NCBI RefSeq assembly: GCF_003918875.1
Contig: NW_025767009.1
Span: forward strand, 558,001-622,000
Reading direction: 5' to 3'
Origin: Haliotis rubra
Taxonomy: Eukaryota
Length of the DNA stretch: 64,000 bases
This document shows, piece by piece, positions 1-13,240 of this stretch (positions are counted from its first letter, which is position 1; every line of letters starts with the position of its first letter). The position numbers and the translations under genes were made by a program. The notes under the pieces were generated by a model. That model saw nothing but the letters and a program-made list of their open reading frames with translations. It searched no databases and had not been told where the DNA came from.

Positions 1-249
1 CTCATGTCGCTTGTCGAAATGACTTATGGGATTGAAACGTGACAAGAACCGATAATGTCTGATTGAACCCTATCGCCCCTCAGTGGGACGAGTCGTTCTG
101 TATCAGTATCACCCGACACAGCCCCTGAAGTAAAACTGTAAATGTCTATCAGCTTCAAATGTGTCTCGTGGGGACAAAACCTGATGTCATTGTGTCGTTG
201 CTTTGTCTTGAAGCCGCGGTCTGCAAAATTCCAGCTACACCCTCTTACT

Positions 250-420
250 GAGTGAGTGAGTGAGTGAGTAAAGTTTTACGCTACTTTTAGCAATATTGCA
301 GCGATATCACGGCGGGGGACACCAGATATGGGCTTCACACATTGTACCCATATGGGGAATCGAATCCGGGTCTTCGGCTTGACGAGCGAACGCTTTAACC
401 ACAGGGCTACCACACTGCCC
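250..420 (-). mobile_element. tRNA-Asp-derived SINE (family A)
   Basis: A/B-box head, shared body, (ACTC)n tail; approximate TSD cct(c/g)ttact. Confidence 0.9.
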
Positions 421-539
421 TCCTGTTACTAACCGAGCCTGGGGCAGACAAACTAGTGGTTGATGGAATAAGTACACTACTCACAATTCGAAGCAGAATC
501 GAACAGAATCGCACACACAGAACCACAGATCTTGAGCAT

Positions 540-1527
540 GGTGCTGAGCCATACACTCATCGTGCTGCTGAATCATGTTACACATTCATCGTGCTGCTGA
601 ATCATGTCACACATTCATCGTGCTACTGAATCATGTCACATTCATCGTGCTCCTGAATCACGTCACACATTCATCGTGCTGCTGAATCACGTCACACATT
701 CATCGTGCTGCTGAATCATGTCACACATTCATCGTGCTGCTGAATCATGTTACACATTCATCGTGCTACTGAATCACGTCACACATTCATCGTGCTGCTG
801 AATCACGTCACACATTCATCGTGCTGCTGAATCATGTCACACATTCATCGTGCTGCTGAATCATGTTACACATTCATCGTGCTGCTGAATCATGCCACAC
901 ATTCATCGTGCTGCTGAATCATGTTACACATTCATCGTGCTGCTGAATCATGTCACAGATTCATCGTGCTGCTGAATCATGTTACACATTCATCGTGCTG
1001 CTGAATCATGTCACATTCATCGTGCTGCTGAATCACGTCACACATTCATCGTGATACTGAATCATGTCACATTCATCGTGCTGCTGAATCGTGTCACACA
1101 TTCATCGTGCTGCTGAATCATGTCACAGATTCATCGTGCTGCTGAATCATGTCACACATTCATCGTGCTGCTGAATCATGTCACACATTCATCGTGCTGC
1201 TGAATCACATCACACATTCATCGTGCTGCTGAATCATGTCACACATTCATCGTGATACTGAATCATGTCACACATCCATCGTGCTGCTGAATCACGTCAC
1301 ACATTCATCGTGCTGCTGAATCATGTCACACATTCATCGTGCTGCTGAATCATGTCACACATTCATCGTGCTGCTGAATCACGTCACACATTCATCGTGC
1401 TGCTGAATCACGTCACACATTCATCGTGCTGCTGAATCATGTCACATTCATCGTGCTGCTGAATCATGTCACATTCATCGTGCTACTGAATCATGTCACA
1501 CTCATCGTGATGTTGAATCATGTCACA
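540..1527. repeat. 29-bp minisatellite (TTCATCGTGCTGCTGAATCATGTCACACA), about 34 copies, with 27-bp variants
   Basis: Directly visible tandem array. Confidence 0.97.
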
Positions 1528-1899
1528 TTTTAGATCCACAGAGAACTACCATTTATAAATATCCCTTATCAGTGCACCACCGAGTCAGGCCTACGATCTA
1601 GTTGTATCGACAATCTAATATCTAAATCTAGCATCTAATATGGCTTCTCAGATTTATCATATTAAGGTTCATATAAGAATTCATGAAACATTTCAAGAAG
1701 TCGACAACTAATGGCAAGGACTAATATTGCGGACTATATCATGTAAACAATTTCGAGGGAAATATTAATCATAACCTATTTGGCATTTGTCTCCAATGAT
1801 TTGTATCCTCTGAAATATGACACTGATAATAAGTTGTCTTCATGTCTCAGTGGCCGTGGGGCCATCACTGTCAGACACCGCTTCCACTTGCTGATATCT

Positions 1900-2715
1900 T
1901 CCTTTCTTAACTGGTGAAGACAGCATCTACGGTACAGGAGACAAGATTGGGGTGGTGTTTTGTTCACTGACAAGTTTCATCCGGGCAGCTCAGATGGCAG
2001 GATAAGGGCGGACAGACGGCGATGTGTAACGCGTGCGTTGGTCAACGTCGACAGCTTGGTGGCGGCACGTTATGGTATGGAGGTGCATCACATTTCATGG
2101 TCGCACACCATTTGTCATTGTCAGTTACAATCTGACAGGTCTGCGATACAGGGTTGAGATCACTGGGCCTCATGTGCAGCCGTTGATTCAAGGACAGAGA
2201 CGTAACTTCACGCTTCAGCAAGACAATGCCCGTCCACATGCCGCTTGTGTTGAGACAGATTTCCTGAGACAGCAGAACATTACGGCACTCCCCTGGACAT
2301 CTGTTTCTCCGGAATTGTCCCCTATCGAGCACCCATGGGATTAAATGGGGAGACGTTTACGTGCAGCCTAGAATCAGCCATTGACGTTAGCTGAATTGGG
2401 AAAAGCGTTGGTTCAGACATGGAACAACATTCCCCAAGCTTTCTGCAATCGGTTAGTGTCGTCTATGCGTCGTCGTTGTCAAGCCTGTATCAACGCCAAT
2501 GGTGGGCACACACGATACTGAATTTGTGAACTGACTTTTGACACCACATCTCTTGAAGGGCGTGTCACAATACCTAATGTCAAATCATACATATTTTGAT
2601 ATTATCCTGTCAACAGTTTAACAGTAATTAGGGGCAACACCACAAATCATGTTATTTGTTTTTTGCATTAAAAACATAACATCAAATAATGCACGGTTAC
2701 TTTATTTCAGTGGTA
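1900..2715 (+). pseudogene. 5'-truncated, decayed Tc1/mariner element
   Basis: Fragments encode WGGVLFTD, SDGRIR, QQDNARPH, WTSVSPELSPIEHPWD and GGHTRY* (ends about 2521), with stops and frameshifts. Probable 3' end near 2714 followed by TA. Confidence 0.88.
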
Positions 2716-3108
2716 TACTTTCCTACAACTCATTCGAAGGATTTAAGTAGTGATGCAGTGCCTGCGTGACATGGTCTAACGTCATGATGAGTGTTACATG
2801 ATCAAGCATCACAATAAGTGTTTGAAATGAATCAGCATAACGGTGAGTGTGTGTCATGATTCAGCATCGCTATGTGTATTTGAAGTATGTTGTCCCATCG
2901 GATAAGCCATTAGTGAGTCACTGAAGTAATCAGTCATTGATATCCCTTCACTAAAAGATGATAGGTCCGTATTACATATATCAATGATGACGGTTAAATT
3001 ACATTTTGTTCTGCTTAACACTGCATGGCAAACTCAGATAAGATGTTTAACAGAGTGTTTTTTGCTTTAACGTTATACATTTACACACGCCTGGGTTTAG
3101 GAAAAGTG

Positions 3109-3266
3109 AGTGAGTATGGTTTTACGCCGATTTTAGCAATATTCTAGCAACATCACGGCGGGGACACCGGAAATTGGCTTCTCACATTGTATCCATGTGG
3201 GGAATCGAACCCGGGTCTTCGGCGTGACGAACGAACGCTTTAACCACTAGGCTACCACGCCGTCCC
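3109..3266 (-). mobile_element. SINE family A
   Basis: Full length; perfect 13-bp TSD tttaggaaaagtg (3096-3108 / 3267-3279). Confidence 0.95.
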
Positions 3267-3692
3267 TTTAGGAAAAGTGTTCTTTGATGTATTAATCTAC
3301 GACGGTTGGTATCGTATGTGGAGCAAATGAAGAAATAACACTCAATTTCGGTACAACTTTTAGCACAAATTTTGCATATCCTTTCTTTTCTATCCGTTCC
3401 TACGCGTCGACAAAAAGGTTTACCAGAACTTCATCTGACTTAGTCATCATGACGGCTTCTCCCACAGTGTCTATAAAGGCAGTCGTTTGGTCCGTGCCAT
3501 CTGCTCTAGGTTACCCCTCGTCTCGCTGCTGCTCGGGGTCGATCCGGTACTCCAGTGCCATCAGTGGTATAATGCGATGGTTGGAAACATCAGGCAGGAC
3601 ACTTTCCATTATCTATTTCATCAGCATAAGTTGTACCGTCAACTGTACAATCAGCACCACCAACACCAACATCCTCCTTCTCCACTACTACG

Positions 3693-3782
<90 letters not shown>
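3693..3782. repeat. (ATC)~30 microsatellite
   Basis: Direct observation; source of the poly-H/S/M ORFs. Confidence 0.98.
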
Positions 3783-4269
3783 GATATTAATAGAAACGGC
3801 TAAAGCACTTGCGGTATCATTAGTTACATTTCACTCATCAATATCATCATTGTTGTCGTTGTCGTTGTCGTCACGCCTCTTCTACATATTGTTCACATCA
3901 ATTATTGCAACGCTACCCTCGTTGGCACTCCTATCCATCCTTCCAACCCATTCCACCAACCCATGCTACTTTCCCTCCCACCCATCCCATTTTCCCACCG
4001 ACCCATCCCAATTTCCCCTCGACGTTTTCCCACCAATCCATCAAGGTTCGCCACAGCCCATCCAACGTTCCCATCAACCCATTCCTTCAATCTATTTCAC
4101 TTCCACTCCCATCCTTACCAAGTTCCCGTCCACCCCCATCACACACCCATCGCCACCTTTCTCCAACCATGCACACTATCCCATACCAAGGTCCCTGAAA
4201 TCCAGCGCCATCCGTCCAACCATCCACATCCTCTCCTGTTCCATGCCCCACCCGTACCACTATACACAT

Positions 4270-5133
4270 CTCCCCCTGCTCCCTGCCCCGCCAGTCCCGG
4301 CACCCTCATTCTCCCCTGCTACCTGCCCCGCCAGTCCCGACAGTCTCATTCTCCCCTGCTCCCTGCCCCGCCGGTCCCGGCAGTCTCATTCTCCCCTGCT
4401 CCCTGCCCCGCCAGTCCCGGCACCCTCATTCTCCCCTGCTCCCTGCCCCGCCTGCAGTCCCGGCACCCTCATTCTCCCCTGCTCCCTGCCCCGCCAGTCC
4501 CGGCACCCTCATTCTCCCCTGCTCCCTGCCCCGCCAGTCCCGGCACCCTCATTTCTGCCCCTGCTCCCTGCCCCGCCATTCTCCCCTGCTGTCCCCTGTG
4601 CCCGGCACCCTCATTCTCCCCTGCTCCCTGCCAGTCCCCGCTCAGTCCCTGGCACTGGCACCTCATTCTCCCCTGCTCCCTGCCCCAGTCCCGGCACTCT
4701 CATTCTCCCCTGCTCCTTCCCCGCCAGTCCCGGCACTCCCATTCTCCCCTGCTCCAGTCCCGCCAGTCCCGGCACCCTCATTCTCCCCTGCTCCCTGCCC
4801 CGCCAGTCCCGGCACCCTCATTCTCCCCTGCTTTCTGCCCCGCCAGTCCCGGCACCCTCATTCTCCCCTGCTCCCTGCCCCGCCAGTCTCAGCACCCACA
4901 TTTTCCCCTGCTCCCTGCCCCCCACCCACCCCTCATTCTCCCCTGTTCCCTGCCCCACCAGTCCCGGCACCCTCATTCTCCCCTGCTCCCTGCCCCGCCA
5001 GTCCCGGCACCCTCATTCCCCCCTGCTCCCTGCCCCGCCAGTCCCGGCACCCTCATTCTCCCCTGCTCCCTGCCCCGCCAGTCCCGGCACCCTCATTCTC
5101 CCCTGCTCCCTGCCCCGCGAGTCCCGGCACCCT
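4270..5133. repeat. 40-bp C-rich minisatellite (CTCATTCTCCCCTGCTCCCTGCCCCGCCAGTCCCGGCACC), about 21 copies
   Basis: Tandem array preceded by C-rich low-complexity sequence from about 3940. Confidence 0.96.
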
Positions 5134-6346
5134 CCATGTTCAAGTCCCCTACACTACAATCAGGCTGTGTTAGATACAAACATGACAAGCCGTCATCGGT
5201 GATGAATAGAAAACCGGGAGGGTCCAGACTAAGTATCTATCTTCACGCCAAATCAATACATAGCCGACAAATTGAAAAAGCCAATCAAATGTAGTCCTTG
5301 CCGAGATTGCTGTGAGATTTGCCAACAAGAAAACGATTTATACTCTCACAAAAAATGATCCACTTGCAACTCTGGAAGATGGGGGAACTAGCAGAACCAC
5401 TGTCTCTGTGTTGACATGTATATTGCTTCGTGATCAACAACCACACTGAAGTGTCTGTTTCATCTTTGCTACCGCAAACAGCCCAGTATCAGCGTCAGTG
5501 ATGTCTCTGCACTGTAAATAAGCCTTTGTTTCTGTGTACAACTTGATCATATTGGTAGTTGCTGATAATAAAACTGCATGTTTAGCTGCACACCCCAGAC
5601 GTGACAGACTAACCCATGACGATGAGCCTTCATTTCATTAACGTGCGGATATAACACTGCGAGAAGGGTTTCTCTTTGTAAAAACTAGGACAGAACTACG
5701 ACAAAACATTCAATGAGTTTTTCAAAACTTCGGAACAACTCATATTTGAAAAGTTTGAATTGCTTTTTTTCCACGCACCTTTCCAAATGTGACTAATTTT
5801 TGGGGTTAAAGCGAGAAGGTACTTTATCGCTTTTAGAACGATTTTCAGGAACAGAAATGTGGAGAATCGAGCAAACGCAAACGCATGGACCACTAACATA
5901 CCATACATCCAGTATTTCATTGGATCACATAGGACCGTTTCCAGATTGTGAGGTCCAAGATATGCAGTATCTCTAATCTAAGGATGGCATCAAGTAATAT
6001 CATATGATGCCAAACAGCTGAGTTTGCATGTCTGATGATGACATCAAGTCATATCATATGATGCCAGGAAGAGGTGTATTCAAAAATATTATGGGTGTGT
6101 TCCATGACATGTCATAAGATAACAGTTTTTGGTTTCTATATTACTACATTTTAAAATGAGTTTCATGATATCGTTGTTAAATGGCTTTTATGTGAAACAC
6201 GCAGAAGTAAAGTGCTAAATGCACTGGATTTGCTAGAATTGTTTCAGAATAAAACCATTCCTGCTCTGTGTGACTTTACTTTAGTGGTGCCATGCCATTC
6301 TGTACGATGCCATTAGGCCTGGTTCAGAGTGTCTGAACGATCGTTG

Positions 6347-6508
6347 GAGTGAATGAGTGAGTGAGTGAGTGGGTGAGTATTTTAGCAATATTCCTGAATT
6401 ATCACGGCGGGGGACACAAGGATTGGGCCCCACATCCCGTACCCATATGAATCGTACGTGAGTGTGTGATGGGCGAGGGCTTTAAACAATAGGCTACCCT
6501 GCACTCCC
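6347..6508 (-). mobile_element. SINE family A, diverged
   Basis: Recognisable tail, body and head; TSD-like gatcg(t/c)tg. Confidence 0.8.
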
Positions 6509-6682
6509 GATCGCTGTGGTGGTATATGTAGTATAGAATTCTGACTTTAAACGTAAATTTACGGTTGTGTTCGTGGGGTCTGCTCTATCAGTTTTGTGGA
6601 AAAAAGTAAATTGGCTTTGCTAATTAGTTCACCGTTTGACAGCTCGATGCTGGGGGAAAGACCAAAACAAAGATTTTTTACA

Positions 6683-6844
6683 GTTAGTGTGTGAGTATAG
6701 TTTTACGCCGCTTTAGCAATATTCCAGCAATACCACGACTCGGGACACCAGAAATGAGCTCCACACAATGTACCCAATTGGGGATTCTTCGGAGTCGTAG
6801 GCGTGATGAGCCAAAGCTTAACCACGGGACTGCCCCAGCGCCCC
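6683..6844 (-). mobile_element. SINE family A, diverged
   Basis: Contains ttttacgccgctttagcaatattccagc...gggacaccagaaatg. Confidence 0.85.
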
Positions 6845-7059
6845 TTGACACATTTGGTGAAACTGACACAGGATAGGAGACTAAGGGTTGTTTAAAGGGA
6901 AAAGAAGATGAGGAAGATTGTGTTGTAATAGGGTTCAGAGGGGAGATAAAAGGAGTACCGGAGTGGCAACTGGCTGTGAAAGAAGACGGTTGCGATAAGT
7001 TGTGTTCAGCGGGAGGAGCATTACAGCGAGCCGGGGCTGTGTAAGACGAGATGATGATA

Positions 7060-7410
7060 GTGAGTAGGGTTGTCTGAGAGGAGAAAGAGGATTGTGAGAA
7101 GGGGTTGTCTGAGAGGAGGAAGAGGATTGTGAGAAGGAGTTGTACAAGAGGAGGAAGAGGATTGTGAGAAAGGGTTGTCTAAGAGGAGGAAGAGATTGTG
7201 AGAAGGGGTTGTACAAGAGGAGGGAGAGGATTGTGAGAAAGGGTTGTCTAAGAGGAGGAAGAGATTGTGAGAAAGGGTTGTACATGAGGAGGAAGAGGAT
7301 TGTGAGAATGGGGTTGTCTAAGAGGAGGAAGAGATTGTAAGAAGAGGGTTGTACAAGAGGAGGAAGAGAAGGGATTGTGAGAAAGAGTTGTGAGGGGTTG
7401 TACATGAGGA
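7060..7410. repeat. 34/35-bp GA-rich minisatellite (GAGGATTGTGAGAAGGGGTTGTACAAGAGGAGGAA)
   Basis: About 10 imperfect tandem copies. Confidence 0.9.
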
Positions 7411-8746
7411 GGGATGCTAGAAAGGGCTATGAGAGGAAGGGGGTTGCGTGGAGGGGTTCAACAAGTCAGGGCTGGTGGCTGGTTAGCTTTTGGGAAATAA
7501 CTTTGTGGTTGATTATGGATAAGCAAGAGTGGATGAAGAGCGTCGGCTGAAAGTCATGATTTGAACATCTACGCCATAATCGAGCAGTTGTGAAGGCGAA
7601 AGCGAATAATCACAAACGTGTACTAAAATGACGCCAGGTCAATGAGTTCATAATACCTATAAAGCGTAAACGAGCATAATTCATAATTAATGGAGGAGGT
7701 AAAATAACAACTCTTCGAGAAGTAATTGATTCCATTTAGCATACTCCTCATGCTACAATTCTCGCACAAGAGGGCGCTGTGTTTGAGTCCAACGAGAGTG
7801 AATAGGCGTGAACATGTATCATTTGATTTTCAACAGATCAACCTCCTACTTTCTCAGTGTGATGTGTGATATATTCGACCATTTTCATTAGTCCTGATAT
7901 AGAAATCGATAATGGAAACCAACAGCCATTGTGAATCGCCTCTCCGTAGGCTGAACATCTCAGTTATGGAGCAGACGACTTCTCTTCAGAACCATTACAA
8001 ACATGACATGGATGAATAAGGTTTATCAAAGTACCCAAACGAATTCACTGATAACATTAGAGGGTTTGTTGTTGAAGTTTATAGATGACCAGTGTCCAGT
8101 CACTTGTCCGAAATCAATAATCCTCGACGAGGGTCAACAAATATAAACGACCCAATATCAATTCTGGTCACTTCTAATTTCAGCAGGACAAGGAATGATT
8201 ATCGGAACAAAACATGGCCTTGCAATGACCACGGCAACTGTTGCCCCCATTACCCCTCTCTTTCATACCTCTTTGCCCTTAAATCATCTCTATCACTCAA
8301 TCACCCCTTTCCTCCTCGTGTATCTCTGTGTCAGTCTCTCTCTCCCTCTTCTTCTCTCTCTCTCTTTCTGTCAAACTCCATCAGTCTCTCCAGGCTGTAG
8401 TTTTACGTCCACCCCAACCGTTCTTATACTCTCAGATCGATACACTGCACAATGATTTAATCTCCTGCAATGTCTGGGGATTTAAATTGAAGATTTATGT
8501 CTCAAAACGCCGACTTTCAACATGAATGTTTGGGGTTCATTAGTTTCCACGGCTCACGACTTGCAGTAATGGAAACACAAAGCCTGGATGTCACAGCAAA
8601 GCACAAGATATCGAATTTCTTTGTTCTTGCATTCCGTTCAAAGTTGGGACCGTGACGAAATGGAATGGATTCAGTTTAGGTTCACTAATCTGTGACGTTG
8701 CGTACTTATTACAGAGTAACGGAAACATGTTTTGTCTGAAACAAGG

Positions 8747-8915
8747 CAGGGCACGAAATTCTTGTCTGACAATTCTGACACGGAACTCTGTGCTCGGCAC
8801 GATATATTTTGTCTGACAACTTTGACACGGACCTCTGTGCTCGACACGATATATTTTGTCTGACAAATTTGACACGGACCTCTGTGCTTGACACGATATA
8901 TTTTGTCTGACTACT
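8747..8915. repeat. 47-bp tandem repeat (about 3.3 copies) starting at a CAGGGCACGAAATT motif
   Basis: gtctgac recurs at 8764, 8811, 8858 and 8905. The CAGGG start resembles a hAT terminus with subterminal repeats, but I found no partner end. Confidence 0.75.
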
Positions 8916-9049
8916 CTCACACATGCTATTGTAAATGAGGTGGTATGGTGAGGCAGCCCCGTCTAACAATATAATTTGTGTGGCGTTAAACATAAAAAAA
9001 CTGAACTGGTACAAACTGAATCATGTCAGGATGTCGTGTTTGCTTCTAC

Positions 9050-12000
9050 CACCCCTTGATCCCCTTGTCTTATTACCTCACATTTCTTTCCACCCCTTGA
9101 TCCTTCCTTGTCATTCTCTTCTAGCATTTCTTCTCGCATTATCACATCCACTCATCTCTTGTCCTCTTCTTCCTCTATTACATTCCACCCCAAATCTGCT
9201 ATCTCTATCTCCACCCCCATACCATCATCTCAACTCCTACTATCTCATCACCATCCACTCCTACATCCTGCCCCATGCTATCTCACCTCTCCCACTATCA
9301 CATCCACTATCCTACATCCTGTCATCCTCCTCCTCCCACTATCACATCCACATCCATGCCATCTCACACCTCCACTCACTCTCATCCATCCCTATGTCAT
9401 CCTGCCCCATGCCATCTCATCTCATACCACAATCTCCATCCACCCTCCATCCTGCCCCATGTCATCTCACTCTCCCACTATCTCATCCACTTCTACATCC
9501 TGCATCCCATGCCATCTCATCTCCACTATCTCATCCACCCTATCCATCCTGCCCCATGTCATCTCATCTCCCACTATCTCATCCACCCTACATCCTGCAT
9601 ATCCTCCATGTCATCTCACTCTCCCACTCCACTGTCTCCATCCATCACTATCTCATCTAATTCTATTCCTGCTCCCATGTCATCCCATCTCATATCCATG
9701 TCCACCTCCTCATGTCATTCCTATTTCACATCCACCCCATCCTGCCCCATGTCATCTCACCTCCCCACTCTACATCCGGGTCCTATTCATCCTGCCATCT
9801 CCATCCACTTATATCCTATGCATTCTTTACTCTCCATCCAGCTCTCTCCATGCCTCTATCCTCATCCCATCCCTCCCCATCACATCCTCCGTCCATCTCA
9901 CTCCCACTATCCATCCCCATCCTCATCCCACACTCTCCCACTATCATCATCCACCCTGCCTCTATGTCACATCCCTATCCGGCCTCTCTTTCATGCTATC
10001 TCTATATCCCATGCTCCTAGTATGTCATCTCTATTACATATTCCATCCGGTCCCACATCCAGGCTCCACCTCCATCCTGGTCTCCATGTATCCATCCATC
10101 TCCCAGCTCCTGTCATCCTGTAATTCTCCATCCTCCTATGGCATCCTCCTCCCCTCCTGCCCCATGCCATCTCATATCCCTAATTCTATCCACATCCATG
10201 CTATCTCTATATCCTACAATCATATCCATCCCACCATCCATCCACCTCCATCCATCCACTCCTATGCCATCCTCATCATATCCTACCTCTACCCACTATC
10301 CCTTATCATCCACCTATACCTACATCCGGTCCTCCCATGCTATCTCATATCCTACCTCCCACTATTCCATCCACTATCACATCCGGTTCCATGTCATCCC
10401 TACATCCCACTATGTCACATCCCTATGACTATCCACTGTCATCCTCCCTGTGCCATCCGGCACCCTATGTCATCCCACCTCCCACTATCACATCCATCCA
10501 TGCACATCCGGCCCTAATGCCTATCTCATTTCTATATCCCACTATCATATCCACTCCCTGGCATCCGGTCTCCCACCTCCCACATGCCACATCTCTCATA
10601 TCTAACTATCACATCCACCTCCATCCGGTCTCCATGCCATCTCTATGTCATCCCACCACATCCCCCCTATGTCATCCCACTCCTCCCACTGCACATCCAC
10701 TGCACATCCGGTTCCATGTCATCCCACCTCCCACTAACACATCCACCCACATCCGGCCCCCTATGCCATCTCATCTCCTACTATCACATCCAACCCTACA
10801 TCCGGCCCCTATGTCATCCCACCTCCTACTATGACTTCCCATCCCACATCCGGTCCCATGTCATCCCACCTCCCACTATCACATCCACCTTCTACATCCG
10901 GCCCCCTCATGTCATCCCTCCTCCCACTATCACATCCACCCCGCATCCTGCCCCATGCCATCTCATCTCCCAATATCTCATCCACCCTACATCCTGCCCC
11001 ATGTCATCTCACCACCCACTGTCACATCCGGCCCTTCATGCCATCTCATATCCCACAATCACATCCACCCCACATCCAGACCCATGTCATCCCACCTCCG
11101 AATATCACAACCACCCCACATCCAGGTCCTATGTCATCTCCCACCTCCCACTATCACGGGCCCCTATGTCATCCATATCCCACTATCTCATCCACTCCAC
11201 ATCCTGCCCCTATGCCATCTCATATCCCACTATTACATCCACCCTACATCCGGCCCCCATGCCTTCTCATACCTCACTATCACATCCACCCACATCCGGT
11301 CTCCATGCCATCTCATCTCCCACTATTACAGCCACCACACATCCGGTTCCATGTCATCCCACATCCCACTATGACATCCGACCGACATCCGGCCCCCATG
11401 TCATCCCACCTCCCACTATCACATCCACCCACATCCGGCCCCAATGCCATCTCATATCCCACTATCACATCCACCCACATCCGGTCTCCATGCCATCTCA
11501 TATCTAACTATCACATCCACCCTACATCCGGCCCCCATGTCATCCCACCTCCCACTATGACATCCACCGCACATCCGGTTCCATGTCATCTCAACTCCCA
11601 CTAACACATCCACCCACATCCGGCCCCCATGCCATCTCATCTCCTACTATCACATCCACCCCACATCCGGCCCCTATGTCATCCCACCTCCCACTATGAC
11701 TTCCATCCCACATCCGGTCCCATGTCATCCCACCTCCCACTATCACATCCACCCCACATCCGGCCCCCATGTCATCCCACCTCCCATTATCACATCCACC
11801 CCACATCCGGCCCCCAATGTCATCTCATCTCCCACTATGACATCCACCCCACATCCGGTCCCATGTCATCCCACCTTCCACAATCACATCCACCCACATC
11901 CTGCCCCATGCCATCTCATATCCCACTATCACATCCACCCCACATCTGGCCCCCATGCCATCTCATATCCCACTATCACATCCACCCACATCCGGTCCCC

Positions 12001-12050
12001 ATGCCATCTCATCTCCCACTATCACATCCACCCCACATCCGGCCCCCAAA
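9050..12050. repeat. About 47-bp degenerate C/A/T-rich minisatellite (CCCATGTCATCCCACCTCCCACTATCACATCCACCCCACATCCGGCC), 3 kb
   Basis: Tandem units become more regular towards 12050; the + strand is very G-poor. Confidence 0.93.
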
Positions 12051-13091
12051 CAAAATCACGTGACTTCTACACCCTTTACCCAAATCTGTCCCCACCCAAC
12101 CGTCGTACAAAATAATTACACAGAAACCACAACAGGATGCTTACTGTTTGACAATTAAACACGACACCCTTCTCAAATCGACAGCAATTGATTGCACTTC
12201 CGCTGTAAGCTTTGCGTGACATGCGCATTCGTGTACAATAGGTGCATCTCAGCACATCTTTAGACCACCTTTCCATGCAATCAATACGGCCATCACTGGT
12301 AGTATGAACACGATCAAGCTCCACTATTGTCATAACTATTTGTTCTCATAACAGTGAACGAAAAAAACACACTTAGTAAAATGAAGGCTTCACAATTGTC
12401 AATTTCCTGTCATAATATACAGACACTAATTGAATCCTCGTCGTTTTTGGAAGGTGCGCTTTTTCAAACATCACCGAATCGTCGTCGTTATCACCTGATG
12501 TCGTACAGGTCGTCATCAACGGAAATTGAATGTCGGATGTCGCCGCGCTCGTGTTTTTCTTAACCAAATTGCTTACTTGAGGTGAAACATAAAAATTTAA
12601 ATTAAACCTTCCAGTTAAAGAATTGTATCAGAAATAACAGTAGTTTATAATTCACAGTCACAAAGTAAGGGAAACAAACGCCGAACTCTTCTGGTTTGCG
12701 TGCGCGAGTTGTACCAGCGTGTCGGCCTGTAAGAGGATATTCTCCGGCGCTGCAGATCTGGATATATGGCTTTTAAGTTTTTGTGCAAATCCCGTCATTT
12801 TAATGTGCCATTTATGAGCAAAAAGAGCAAGCTAGCTATCACCTGTTTGACATTTTTGAAATTACATGTGGTGTCAGCACTTCTAAGGAAGACTCAGACG
12901 GTTTCTTATTTTATTTTAATTAGTTTCATAGTGTCTCAGGAATTTGTAACTGTAAATGGATCAGGTCAATTTCAATTAATTTCTTCTAGGTTTTGTTTTG
13001 ACCTGGATGGTTTTCATCTGAACTTAAATTTGTTCTTATATATCTAAGTAGATAATTCAGAAGCTGTATAATTACAATCCTTGTCTCATTG

Positions 13092-13240
13092 GAGTGAGTG
13101 AGTGAGTGAGTGAGTGTTTTACGCCGCTTTCAGCTATATTCCAGCAACATCACGGCGGGGACATCGGAATGGGTTTCACACATTGTACCCAAGTGGGGAA
13201 TCGAACCCTGGTCTTTAACCACTAGGCTATCTTACCGCAC
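13092..13240 (-). mobile_element. SINE family A with a deletion in the tRNA head
   Basis: (GAGT)n tail, body and B box present; anticodon segment missing. Confidence 0.88.

Noticed and set aside
3449-5294. 571-aa and 443-aa Pro/Ser/His-rich ORFs that look like extensin or shell-matrix proteins
   Set aside because: They are translations of (ATC)n and a stop-free 40-bp repeat. The unit is not a multiple of 3, all three frames cycle through the same peptides, and there is no splice or start context.
8935-12158. Many overlapping His/Pro/Ser-rich ORFs
   Set aside because: A G-poor degenerate minisatellite with frequent indels; multiple frames are open for compositional reasons.
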